DNA of 64,000 nucleotides, taken from NCBI GenBank assembly GCA_964188305.1, contig OZ076893.1. One strand, written 5' to 3'. Shown in pieces: positions 1 through 13,000 of this stretch. The translations under genes were made by a program, and so were the position numbers. The DNA comes from Podarcis bocagei (taxonomy: Eukaryota). The number at the start of each line of letters is the position of its first letter. Position 1 is the stretch's first letter. The notes beneath the pieces are model-generated. The model was not told the DNA's origin. It searched no databases and saw only the letters and a program-made list of their open reading frames with translations.

Positions 1-268
1 AAAACGCAGAGGAAAGGTAAGTGTGGAGAAGCCCTCCATTTATCAACACTGTCAGGGCAGGTAGTCACAGACCCTCAGAGAGAGACAAAAGCAGTTTACA
101 GCTGCTGTTGAAAGAAACTAAGCATTTGTCACTTGCAGTTGCCACATAGCCTGATAAAGAAAGGTCTCCTCACTTTATCATTGGGCAAAAATAGTAGCAT
201 GATATTTTCAGGGTCATTTTAATGGCAGCCGCTGGAAACAGAAAGGAAAAGATTGTCAAAAAATTGTA

Positions 269-510
269 CAGTGGTACCTCGGGTTAAGAACTTAATTAGT
301 TCTGGAGGTCTGTTCTTAACCTGAAACTGTTCTTAACCTGAGGTACCACTTTAGCTAATGGGGCCTCCTGCTGCCGCTGCACCGCTGCTGCACGCTTTCT
401 GTTCTCATTCTAAAGCAAAGTTCTTAACCCGAGGTAATATTTCTGGGTTACGGGAGTCTGTAACCTGAAGCATATGTAACCTAAAGCATATGTAACCCGA
501 GGTACCACTG
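269..510. mobile_element. Tc1/mariner (pogo/Tigger-like) MITE, family A
   Basis: TIR CAGTGGTACCTCGGGTTA ... TAACCCGAGGTACCACTG with TA on both flanks (267-268, 511-512). Internal TTAACCTGA subterminal repeats. Confidence 0.9.
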
Positions 511-1669
511 TAGTTAAAATCATCATTTGTTTTATTTCAAGATTTTAAGAGACACATTTTCACACACACACCCCACATGCATATATTGGCATTAGTCTGT
601 TTAATTAAAAAGGAATTACAGGAGATTTGCTCATTTTACTCCCTCATTTAATCTATTACAGAACACAAGCAGTAGCTGTTTGTGTAGTTTTCTGAAAAGT
701 GAAGATATCCCATCTTTGGGAATTTTAAAGAAGAAATAAGCTGCTGTTGTTTTTATCGCCATGATAGGGCCTGAAATGTGTTCTTTAAAAACTTTTGCTG
801 TATCTTTGTGAATACAGTAAAGCCACCAATACAATAGATTTTTATCATACCTTTTTTTGCTTCTTGATGCTTCTTCCTTTTGTGAAATACTTAACTTCTG
901 CCATCCTGTTATTTTTTTCCTCTTTTGTGAGTACTAAAAGTTTTCAAATGTACTTGAAGAACAAATAATATGGTGATATGTTCACTACTGGTTATTAACC
1001 AGAGAGTGATCTTGAATGGAGGAGGTTGCTGATGTGAAACAACCATAATAATGCTATCGACTTAATCCTGCTGGTGCCTAAGGTCTTTCTAATAGGATAA
1101 TAAAACTGGAAAGGTGCTTTGGTTTCACTTTATACCTTCATTCTGGCACAATAAAACCCGTGTTGCAACTCAGCACCAAATGACAGGGCAGATGCCCTCA
1201 ATGTGGAATTCCAGGCATGATAGCAGGTATACTAACAACTCCAACAGGAGAGGTACCCTTCTCCTTTGCTTCTTATTTACAGGGCTCTCCAGCATCAAAG
1301 CAGATTCTCAGTGCTGTACACAAATACCAAGAAGTCAGATACTTTAGAGATGTGCACTCCAGCCATCTTGGCAGCATTTTGATTGTCCTCATTAGATGAC
1401 TGATACTTCTAATCACAGATGTTGTAAGAACTCTACCGGTCCTATAGGAGGTGATAGTTAGGCCAACATACCTTGCCCTATATTGGCACCATTATTTGTT
1501 GCACCTGCTTATTACAGTTGCCACACACAAACCTCAGCAGGGCTCAGAACTTCAGGGCAGCCACTGTAGCCATCTGAAGCTTTGAACTGTCCCAAACTTT
1601 CCCTCTCGGTAGACTGTTAATCAGCAACAATACCAGGTGGGTCACTGAACTGTAATACAAGCTAATACC

Positions 1670-1790
1670 TGGGATAGGTAGCTTGTACATCAGAAGATAA
1701 AATCAGAATTCAACATGTCCATAACAGATTGGAGAACTAGGCCAAAACTAACAAATGTAAGGTACTAAACTTAGGTAGGAATAACCATAG
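1670..1790 (+). mobile_element. Degraded CR1 LINE reverse-transcriptase fragment
   Basis: Translates approximately as EDKIRIQ..NRLEN*AKTN-KCKVLNLGRNN, resembling the CR1 RT segment '..IQ.DLD.LE.WA..N.M.FN..KCKVLHLG'. Confidence 0.6.
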
Positions 1791-4700
1791 TTGTTTTGCA
1801 TAACTGTTGTTGGATTTTAAAGTAAAGTCCTTTTACTTCAGTGTTGGAAAAGTGGTGGTGGTGTTTTTTAGAGAGTCCCTTAAAAACAAAACTAGTGAGT
1901 GGACCAGTTTTGGGTGCTTAGTAGCCAGCTTTCTGCACCTCAGTTACACCTCAGGGGCATCTTCTCTCATGGGGCTTGTCAGATCAAGAAGCTCAGGCAG
2001 ACTCCAGGAGACATTCTTAATGGAAAAGGGTACAGACAGACAGCTGCACCCACCATAATTTAAGAGAAAATTTAAAGTGGTCTGCGGATGTTCAGAATAA
2101 CTGAACCTCTTTTGCAAGAGAAGAAAACTAACATGAAATTGAAGAATGGTTCTTTGTGTAGCATTAATACTGTTTGTTATAAGAAGTCAGTTAACCTTGG
2201 TCCCAGGGCCTGAAGGAACATTATGCTGCACCATGTGCTTTGTCAGTGTCTGGATAGGAGATTGCCTGGGCACCCTGGGTAAATTTCCTTGAGTTATTAA
2301 GGTAAGAAAGAGAATAGAAATCTAATAGGTAAATAATAATATTTCCATACCACATGAAGTAACTAAGCTATCATGAACCTCTTTTTATGTCCATCTCCCC
2401 TTTTTAATAATTTTATTGCATTTTTCAAAAAAAGAAAACCCCATCTGGTTGAGTTTTTACAAAATATATCATAGACATGCACAAGTAACAGTATAATAAA
2501 ACATATGTTATTTCCTTACTTCAACCCATGAATAATGGTTACTAGAATACAAAAATACTTGGTTTAAAAGTTAATTTGTAATATGTGATGAATCTACTAC
2601 CTGAATGGAGAAGCTAACCAACATAGCTTCTGAGTTGCTGAATTGGGGGGGGGGGATTAGAGGAGACAAAATGCCCTTAGCGCCATTGCAATGTCACAAC
2701 CTGTGGCAGTTCTCTGGCACTTTGCCAGTGCTGCAGGCTGACGTAGGTCATTGCAGTGACACAACATCATGGACTGGCACTGCTATGCTGGAAAATATCC
2801 ACCATCTCACTTGACATATATCAGAAGGTAGCAGAATCATTTGCTTTATGGTTACTGTCTAGTTGTTGTTTTTTTAACCAAAAATTATCTCTGTGCCTAT
2901 ATGCACTCAGTTTGCATTATGTTTTCTTGAAGAAAAATACCTGCACATTGTAGGCTGTTTTGGTAATGATTGCTTTAAGCAGCAATCCTATACCCACTCA
3001 CTCAAGAGTAAGCCGTACTACACTCAGTGGGACTTAACTTGTGCTTCGTCATGTTCGGGATCGCATAGTTAAAGTACATTGCAGATAATTGCACAGGAAG
3101 AGGAATTGGTACTGGACGGTGGAAATGAATGTACAGGGCCTATCTAATAAATCAATGAAATTTTGTTACCTTTTTCTGCAGAGCCAGAAATCTTTTTACT
3201 TTATAGTAGCCCTGGAATTTCCAAGCTGAATGCCATCTATGAATAGTCAGACAAATTACTGTAAAAATTATTTACCATATGTAAAAGAGCTATGATCAAT
3301 ATTGCTTTAGGGCATGTTCAGTAAAACTTTTTGTCAGAATGGTAGCTCCTTTGCAAGTGAAAAGCAGCATTATGAGGGCAACATTGGACCTATATTTACA
3401 ATGAGAGTGGGAAATCCAAATAAAAACATCACTGGAAACTATTCTTGATCATTACAGAGTCACATGTTTAGTACTTTAAAGTTTGCTTCCGTAGCATGCT
3501 GCTTATGCAAAATAGTGTTCCTTAGGTGACTTATCAAATGATAATATGGTTTCGAAAAGTGGCTTGTCAATTGAGATTTTACAATTTTATGTCTGCATCT
3601 CATCTCAAACAAAGGTAAATTTTAGGTAGTAAACATGATATTATAGTTCCCAGAACTAGAAGTTTCTATGTGTAGATGCTCCTGACTGAATGCTCCCAGA
3701 GGAAATTATACTGGCTATAATATAGTTAAAATGTGTTAGATTTGCACACTATTATCTCTACATTTCCTCAGTATTCATCGTGCCTCCATCAAAATATTTC
3801 TTATTTTTTAAAAAAACCAAAGTGAAAATCATTTGAGTTTATGTCATTCTTGACAGTCTTGGGTCAAGCGGTATCTTGTTAAATGTGTGTTCATTTTACT
3901 GACAAGTGAGAGATGCCTAGAGAGAGAGGGGGCATTTCATTCCAGTTCATCCCTTTGTTTACAGCTGATGGTGCTGCTAGCACTCTTGGCACACCTCTGG
4001 ATGAATGTCACAGAGTCTTTGTCACTTCTGGATATTGCTGCAAAAAGCTTTCCCATATTCGCTTTCTCCATACGTGCAGAAAGCTTTTATCTCCAACATG
4101 CAAAGCCTTGATCTCCAGGAGTAGCTTGTTGGTTTGACTGGGTAACTGAGGCCACACGGTGGCAGAGGCCTCCAAAAAGCTGTGAGGCTGAAATAATTTG
4201 CATGCCGTTAGCTGACCAAGTAGTTTTCAGATTGGTAGAATGTTGTGAGCCATCTTCTCTGTACTAGTCCATTAACCCAGGCAGACTAACACATCATTAT
4301 ACAAAACCTCTGTTTATGTTGCCTTAAATAAAAGTATTAGGCTAACGCATATGGGTTTTGCTGCACATAGGAGGCTTTCTGATCTCTTGTGAAAAACCTC
4401 ATGAAATACCATCATGAGATACTGCTTGCGTACAGGCAACAAAATATATTTTGATTATATCAGGTGTAATAAAAGGTTCACACATGTTCCATGCAGGTAA
4501 CATAAGTTGGAACCTGACGTCTTCTTAATTTCCACTTTCACGTATTTGGAAAGGAAGCCATATCCATCTTTCAAAGTCAAATGACATTGTGCATTTTGTA
4601 CATGAGTATCCAGACCTGAGACCGAAATGCCATCAGGAATTAGCCCAGACAACCAATGGCTAAGATTTATGGTTGTAACCAGCTAAATTCCACTCAGATC

Positions 4701-5291
4701 AGACACATTGTAATGAATGGACCTGAGTCCATTAGTTTCAATGGATCTACACTGAGTTGGATTACATTGGGATAGAGCCTCTAGCTTTTAATGGCTCTTT
4801 AGGTTTTGTTGTTAAATATGCCATGTTTCGCATTTTGTGAGTTCCTGACATTATTTAACAATCTAGAGTTGTGGTGCTTTGGCTCCATGTAGGTAGAACA
4901 CATGTAGGTATGAAAAAGAACCTATTTTTGTATGCTGTCATAAAGAAGTACATATGTCACAGGCATGCTTATATGTGTGATATCCCTTTATTTCAGAGCC
5001 TTGTATACTATACCAAAAGTGTTTGAAGTATCCTTCCTGTAAAGCTTGCCTTACTTACATTTTGTTCACTTTCTGCTGAGACACAAAATCAATTGATTTA
5101 GATTAGAGTTAGCTCTAGAAATTGTATGTAAAGCCTCGTCCAAATAAATCTACTGAATGTTATTCTTATTTCTTGGAACTCATATGAGCTTGGTTAATAA
5201 TGATGATCTACTACTACCTGTGCAATGTTGCTATCCAAATGTATAACTTGATTCATTATAGAATAGATACATGTGAAACCTGATTATAGAT

Positions 5292-5666
5292 CAGGGGTCG
5301 GCAAGGTTTACTGGCCATGGGCTGGATCACTCCTATGGAGATCATCCGGGGTCGGACTGGCACAGCACGGCACTGGAAATTGCTTCTGTGCATGTCCGCA
5401 GTGCCGGAAATTGCTTCTGCGCATGCCCAGATGCAGAAAATTGCACCTGTGCTGAAGCGATTTTCGGCGTCTGGACATGCGCAGATTTGATTTCTGGTAT
5501 CTGGGCATGCGCCACTTGGCGAGTCCCCGCACCGTGCTGCGCCAGTTAAGCGCAGCATTCAGGGGACTCACCGAGCAAGCAGTTCGGTTCAGGGGCGGTT
5601 CGTGGACCAGTAGAACGGTCTTCGTGGGACGCATCTGGCCCATGGGCCGCACGTTGCCGACCCCTG
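5292..5666. mobile_element. hAT-superfamily MITE (375 bp)
   Basis: TIR CAGGGGTCGGCAA/TTGCCGACCCCTG with a perfect 8-bp TSD TTATAGAT (5284-5291, 5667-5674). Internal GGAAATTGCTTCTG..GCATG repeats. CpG-rich. Confidence 0.92.
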
Positions 5667-6307
5667 TTATAGATCATCCACTTTGTGTTTAAGGCTTCAT
5701 CTGTAATTCTGGTTCACTTTTCTCTTGAATACAAACATATATTTTATTCTGTTAGTAAATGTTAGCAGTTCAAGCTCTGAAATGTTTTCAGGTTTACAAG
5801 AACACCAGCCCTAACGTGCAACAAAATTAAATGTATAGAGTATAAGTAAATGAAAGGAAAACAGTGGTTTGCAGAACACTTAGGCATACATTGGATACAG
5901 TTCACTTAATGAACCATAGTTATAGAAGCCCTGCGCAATGCACTTGCACAATGGGACTTCTCCCCCCTGCTCCTCCCATGTACCCCCATAATTGGGGAAG
6001 ACCTTTAGAACAGTGTGCAGGGGAAGCTGGGCTCATTCCATTGGCAAGCTGATGTGCTTGCACAGATGGAACACTTATAATGGCACAGTGTTGAATTCCA
6101 CCCATTGTCACATTCAGAAATGCACTACATTTAGAAATATTGAATCCCTAAAAATCTGCACAAAACCAACTCTGTCAGCATCTTTCAGTAGGCTTTGAAT
6201 CATTTCACAAAGTAAATCTATCACAGTGCCAATGGATGTGTAATGTGCCTGATTTTCATAGTTGAATGTGCTTATTTATTAATCAATTTCTGTATTCACT
6301 TTTATAG

Positions 6308-6346
6308 ATTAAAAAAATCAACAGGAATTTCCCCGTAAACCAGCAG
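6308..6346 (+). CDS. SNTG1: Gamma-1-syntrophin internal coding exon, 39 nt (IKKINRNFPVNQQ)
   Basis: Acceptor ttcacttttatag| and donor CAG|gtaaga. The translation matches the human SNTG1 segment IKKINRNFPVNQQ as I recall it. Phase 0/0. Confidence 0.93.
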
Positions 6347-6423
6347 GTAAGAGAAGAAAAAATATATTTTGAAACTTTAATATCCAATTGTTCTGTCTCT
6401 GGTGAAATAAGCTTTCAATCATC

Positions 6424-6582
6424 ATCTGAAGGCCTTCTTCATATGTTCCCCTCCGCTAGAGGTCTGGAGGTTGGCAACATGAGAACGGGCCTTTTCTGCA
6501 GTGGCTCCCAGTTTGTGGAATGCTCTCCCCAGGGGAGCTGATCTGGTGCCATCATTATATATCTTTAGGCACCAGGCTGACT
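6424..6582 (+). mobile_element. Older L2 3' fragment
   Basis: GGGCCTTTTCTGCAGTGGCTCCCAGTTTGTGGAATGCTCTCCCCAGGG encodes RAFSAVAPSLWNALP. Confidence 0.75.
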
Positions 6583-6635
6583 CTTTCAATAGTGTGTCCC
6601 ATTTCACAAAATTAACAGCCAGAAGGACTATAGAC

Positions 6636-7060
6636 CAGTGTTTCCCAACCTTTTTTGGGCAAAGGCACACTTGTTTCATGAAAAAAATCTCGAGGCAAGC
6701 CACGCCCCCTCCAGCCAGCCGATTGGCTGGCCAGGAGGCGTGGCCGGATGGGATTCCCCTGCTCTCGCGGGGGCTGAGATGGGATTCCCCACTCACGTGG
6801 GGGCGGATGGGATTCCCCGCTCACGTGGGGAAGGGCGTGATGCCCGCAACCCCACCTCCTGGGGCAGGCCCAGTAGCGAGCGGATGCGCAGGCCAAGTAG
6901 CGAGCGGCGATGGGATGTGGGAGCTCGCTCGCTCGCTGCCCCGCGTGTGCTCGCCGCCGCCGCCCCGCCTCTCACCGCCCGACTCGCCCGCCTCCACGGA
7001 ACACAAGGCAAAGTTCCACGGCACACTACTGTGCCGCGGAACACCGGTTGGGAAGCACTG
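6636..7060. mobile_element. hAT-superfamily MITE (425 bp, CpG-rich)
   Basis: TIR CAGTGTTTCCCAACC/GGTTGGGAAGCACTG with a perfect 8-bp TSD CTATAGAC (6628-6635, 7061-7068). Internal GATGGGATTCCCC x3 and AGTAGCGAGCGG x2. Confidence 0.92.
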
Positions 7061-10000
7061 CTATAGACAACACAACATTCAGAGATGCTTCTGAATTTCA
7101 CACTGGATTTTGGAGTCCTAAATTATTTGGTGGCATTTCCAAGTTGTACACTGCAATAAAGGGAAACTTGATCGCATGCATGATAGTTTCAAGTTTTTTG
7201 TGTGTGTTGTGTTTTAATTATGCAAACTGATAAAACACCTCAAAAAAGAAAAGTTAAGTTGATTCTAAATATGGCTGCATAAATACATAAATGCCTTAGT
7301 AAAACACTATACAAAAAGCATCTTGATGCACTCTTACATTACCATTGCTTCAAGATTGCTCTTTTGCAGACATAGAAAATGTGTATGCATTGGTAAGGTA
7401 GGTAGAGAAAAAGACACAAATAAATTGATGGAAAGAAAGCCACAGAAAATTGCACATGGCCTTCAAGTTCCTGGTTTCTTTTAAGAAATTCTCATTGTCA
7501 AATCAAAATCCTAATTAGACCAGAGTGAACCAGAGGAACAAAAAAAGTAGTGCAGAATGCCTCTAATACATAAAAAAGCATGTCATTCATAAAATTTAAG
7601 CATATTGTTGTGATCTAGACATTGCATAGTACTGGATTCAGCATGTAAGGTTGTTTCTTCCATGAGCTGTTTGCATGGGTGAAAATAGCTGGTAGCTTCT
7701 CTTTTTCTATGGAAGAGTGTAGGGTCATGAATTTTAATTATTGTCTAAGTGTTGCATATAGTTACATTGCATATAATTTGGATTTATACTCAATAACAGC
7801 AAAATAATAATAATCAGAATTGGGTGGTATTGTAAAGGTGTTCATATTTTTAAAAAATTACGTGGATTGAAGGCAGGAAACTATAGGGCACCATGATGTC
7901 ATGTTGTGATGTCATATGCTAGAGAGGAGGAGTTAGATGTGTGGCTGTTGTTGTCAAGGAAAGCTGCCATTTAAAATACTGCAAGGATCCAATGAAAGGT
8001 CTTTTGGTTCTTTCCTTTTTGTCTGTCTCTCTCTTTTAAAAATGTCTAACCCTGAAACTCCTGATAACCCAATTCTGAAAGAATTGCTGTTTCAAGTTGT
8101 TGTCTCCATAAAAAACTATTGTCTCACTTGTTCTGTCTGGATTTATTTCAACTTAGCTTGTTTATTCACATGTTTTATTTCATTAAGTTATATATGAGTC
8201 TTCTTTTAGCCCCTCAAACACCTCCTCAGTTATTATTATAAACACCTTGTGATTCATTCTATAGCATGAATTTTCAAGCTTGGTAATAGATCTCCAGACA
8301 CTGTCCTGAGGCAGAAGGAGCTCACCATCTGAAAGCATTACAGCACTAGAGGGAAATGATAGAGGGGGAGGGAAATTTCCATTTCTTTCCATGAAAGGAG
8401 GCTCCAAGAGCACTGCAATTAGAAAATGTCAAGGTGACATATAAGGGCTTCTATATTTGGTCTGCCAAGTTAGGACAGAGAAACGCAGGTGTGCTTCATT
8501 TTCTTGGAATTCATCACTGCCGAGCAGCTGTTTATCAGTGACAGAAAATGTCAGTACCTGGGAGAGATGGGAACAGTAATAAGTGGTGGTGAATTCGGAA
8601 AGTTAATGTAAACATTTTCTTAAAAATAAACAGATGCACAATTTAATCTCCTCCAGGTTTCCAGATCCTTTTTGCGTTGACCGTCCCCTTCCTGTTAGTT
8701 GTTATTTTCTGAACCAGATACAGACAACACTCAAGCTGGTCAGGCATGCTGGATTTTTGCTTTTGCGTAGTGAGCTTTCAGTCTGGTATCCTTTTACTTT
8801 CAGAGGATGACTTCTGTTAATCTCATAATGCAGAGGTTTCTGAGTCCACGGCTCCCTTGACCAACTGCATCCTTTCTGTGGCAGCCCTGTGGGGCTTGGG
8901 AGCCCAGTTATGTCACCCCTTGCATGCAGAGCTGGCAGCCCCTCACCCTTTTTCAAACACCCTTCCTTGTGGAGTCTTCCCTCAGCCTCCTCTCCTCTTC
9001 TCTTCTCTCCCCTCTCCTTGGCAGTCCTCCAGGCAGCCACTGCTGCCATCCCTGGTCTCTGAGCTGCCCCACCCCACCCCAAAGAGAGGTGCCTCCTCAC
9101 ACTGCCCCATAGGAGCATGGGAAGCACCCCCAGGCCAGGCCCAGAGGCTCTTTCTGCTTGGGGAGCTTATAGCCAGGGCTGCTGTGCAAGCCTTTGGGAA
9201 GCAGAGATGCAAGAGGGCATCAGAGGAGGAGCTTCCCTGGAACTGAATGGAATGCGAAGCAGTAGGTCAGTAGGCTATTGACCCACAGGTGCCTCATTGG
9301 TGCGTACCCTAAATGCCACGTTGTGACAAAATGACAGGCAGTTGGAAGCCAAATTATCCACATATGGCCCAAATCAAATGGTAGAGAGTAGGCAAGAGGT
9401 GTACTCCAAGGACAATGAAAGGTACTCTTAAATTCCTACTAACCCCTCCCCAGAGGTGTCTGGGTAATCATACCCAGCTTAAAGGGTGGGTGGGTCATTG
9501 CAAAAGCACAGGATGAGGAAGATGAGATGAGCCATATAAAGAAGAGCAGCCACCCTCGCCAATGACATGATTCCCTCCCCACACCTCCTCCTCACGCAAG
9601 AAGGCCAAAAACCCTCCTCTGAGCAAGATAGGGTAAATTTGCTCCTCCATAAGATAGTCACCTGGCATTAGCAATAATTCCACCCAACCCCTATGGGCAG
9701 TGGGTGGGGTGTATGTGCTTTCTTGGGCTCATTCTTTTGAACAATTAGGACAGAGATTTACTAAAGGTCTAGAGGCAGTCTTCTCCCTCAGCTACCAGGT
9801 GTTGAGCCAGCCTTCTCCACTAGAAATTATAACTGTGTTTATGCAATTTGTTTAATGTGCTTCACATGTGTTGTCTCAGTAATTTTTGCAACAGAACTTT
9901 AAGGCAGGTTAGTGTTATTATCTTCATATTGCAGATGTAATGCTGTAGCTGGGGAAAGCGGCTTGCCTGAAGGCCACCTAATTCTTGGTGATCCCTCCAC

Positions 10001-13000
10001 TGCATTTTGTAGAGACATATCAATCCTACATCTTTGTAGAGCAGAAATTCTAACATTATTCATAGACTTCAAAGGCTCTGCTTTCACTAAGCGTTATATA
10101 ATAGACTTTGAACAAGAGCAGATGCTACTTTTAACAATGCACCTCTGCACAGATTTTCCTTGTGAGAATTCTTGCACTCATCTTCAAATAAACCAGCATT
10201 CACGTATCCCATATATGAAAAATGAGGTTGCGATTGTCTTAGAAGTCTTGTTTGACTGGTCATCTGTGCAGTTACAAGTCATTTCAGTGTATCCCACTGA
10301 TCTTTCCTGGCATGTGGGCTTCCTCTTTTTTTCTCCTGGTGGTCAAAGGACAATGATGGAAGATATTTGTCCCAGCCCTTAGCACATACCCAGGATGGCT
10401 CCAAATCTGAGCAGTAGCTGCCTTGAGTCCTGGTCTGAGCTTTCTAGAGAGTTCCATACTATGGCCTGCATATGCATGGAATCCACTGACTGCACAAACA
10501 AGACCAAAGAGCAAGGGTTAAAGGTTAGCAGTAAATATTTGGGGGATGTCAAGTAAGGTATTAAAATGCAGGCACTTGGGGTTACCATTCCTAACTCGGC
10601 CCTTGTCACTTCAGCAGACCACATTTATTGTCCCCCTTGTGTGTGTTTTGAGGATCCATTTGTAAAGAGGAGCAAAGCTATCAGGGACAAGATGATAGGA
10701 CAGTATTTATCTGACTGATAGACATCTGTGTTGAAGCTGACTACATACAAATATTTTCACTGTGAAATAATAAGCTCCAAGTAGACATTATTCATGTTAT
10801 AACTCTTTGCAGAGCGGTAAAATAAAAAATGAGCGCTGAAATAAAATATTAATGTTAGGGTTTTAGGCATTTAGTGGGATCAGTTACATATTGAAACAAT
10901 TGTCTCCATATATGTTTCTAATACCTAAAGAAGAAGGGAAATGTATGGCCACGTGTGTGGGTGTCTGTCTGTGTGTACATTCACACACTGCTTTGAGATA
11001 TTTGACTCTATATAGAGATAATTGCTTCAATTCTCCATAGTTGTTTCTCAAAAATTTTTAACTCAGCATCTCTTGACAGACATCAATGGATTTTTTTTTT
11101 ATGTCTTAGAATATACTTGCCCCGTCACCATCTGTTGTCACCAAACAGATTTTTGATCAGGCTCATCACGACGAGGAAGGCACTAGGTTGAAACAACTAT
11201 TGCTAAGTGTGTATAAAAACGCATAGGGGAGCTGGGTTCTTGCTGTTAAATTAAGCAGAAGTGCACACCAGGGTGTCAATTACGCTGCGATAATTCCCTC
11301 ATATTGCCCTGTCAGCTGTCTGTGCAACTAAGCATTGATTATTTTCGCAACTAATGTTTGATTATTTTTGCATTGATTTGAGCTGAGAATGCCTTTGTTA
11401 TTAAATGTTTACTTGGTTTTATTTAAAGGAAGAGAATTCCCCAAAGAGAGTTGTAAAAGAAAAAGAGGTAAAAGAGATGTAATGTAATTCATTCTCATTA
11501 CTGCTTTAGATTCTTCTGAGAAGCCTTATTTCTTCAGTCTGGGATTCTTTAGGCTTCTCATGTTTTGAGAATGTATGCCTTTCTTGGTGTCCTTCTGTAC
11601 TGTGTCCCAAGTTATGTGGCAAGTGTTTGAGAAGCTTTTAGGCCGAATGTGTGTAGCAATTCCCTTTCCTGGTTTTTTTTAAAAAACACAGTGCATGCTT
11701 CTCTGTCTGCAGGAACAGTGCAGGGTCCTGGTAGCCAGTTGGTTAGCTGAGCATTTGGCAAGTGGGCTTTCCTACAGATGGTCAGCTTGAATGCTTGTTG
11801 TGCACATTGGCATGCTATGCATGCTGTATTCATGCAAAGACGGTTAAGGTAAATTAAGAGAGCTGCTGGAAATGCCAGGTAGAAGGAATGGTACATTAGC
11901 CAGCTTCCCGAATCTGAAGGAAACTCAATAGGGATTGGTGGAAATCCAGAGAGAAAAGCATGGTTTTGTTGCTGCTGCTGTTTGAAATTTTAGAGTGTAA
12001 CCTAGCAGTTCTGTCAATATCCACTTCCATGTGATAGTGATACATAGCAAAGTCGTGCTATTGTGAGCCATGCACTTGCGTCTAGATCTCATTGAAATAT
12101 CCTTGAGATGTGAGCAGCTTTCATCTGCTACAGTGGGTGCATATTAGCAGCTTTGCATTTCCTTGACCATGATTATATTTAGAGTTGGGTCTCATATACA
12201 TCCACTGTAAGGATGAAGGGACAAAAACCACTTGAAAATTAGCCCGGCTGAATTGATTCAAAATAATTTTAGTAGGCACAGTTTAGGCATTCCCAGTACA
12301 ATTCTATTCATGGTCACAGAACTAATAATTCTTGTGTTTAGAATGTGAAAACATTGAGTAAGCCTAGATGAATGTTATTCCTTAGGAAACTGTATAAACT
12401 CCATAAATTAATTGGAACTGATGATGTAGACATTTTAAGCACAGCTATGCATAACACTTAAGTTTTACAGAAGGATGTTAAAATTTAGTTTATCGAAATC
12501 ATGAAAAAATGTTTTATTATTGTCTGCTCTATTTCTGGTCAAACAATATTTCTTAACATGCCATGGTATCTTTATCCCTAAAGTATTTTGTGGAGTGTTA
12601 GATGTTCTAGCTGCACACTCACCCAAGAAGACAGTATTTTGACAGTATCCATTTGATATTCACTCTTTAGATTCACCCGCAGCAAAGTAGTTCAAACAAA
12701 TTCCAAAAAGATGTATCATGTATGCATAGGATGTTCGCTGCAAATTTCTAAGATGACATTCTGTTGATCTGGCACTGATATCTTGTCAGTTCTGCTGTTC
12801 ATCTCCATAAGCAGAATCTTCCAACAACCTAAGTATAACTATATTTATGCTTGAAGGTGATAATACCTGTAAAAGCATTTTGGGCTTTACTCACTCAACA
12901 CCCCCCCATCCCCGATTCAAATATTGTTATCTTGTTATGGCAGGTTTGTTGTCATAGGATATTATTCTTCTATGCAAGAACAAAGAAATCTAAGATATTT

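Noticed and set aside
1257-1399. Strong acceptor (ctcctttgcttcttatttacag, AG at 1281-1282) followed by 38 open codons
   Set aside because: The peptide has no similarity to syntrophin and there is no convincing donor. Such acceptors are frequent by chance in long introns.
5256-5692. Overlapping ORFs of 60-114 aa
   Set aside because: They coincide with the 5292-5666 MITE and show no coding signature.
6422-7230. Cluster of long overlapping ORFs (up to 197 aa) on both strands
   Set aside because: They arise from the GC-rich, stop-poor hAT MITE plus an L2 fragment. There are no transposase or other domain motifs.
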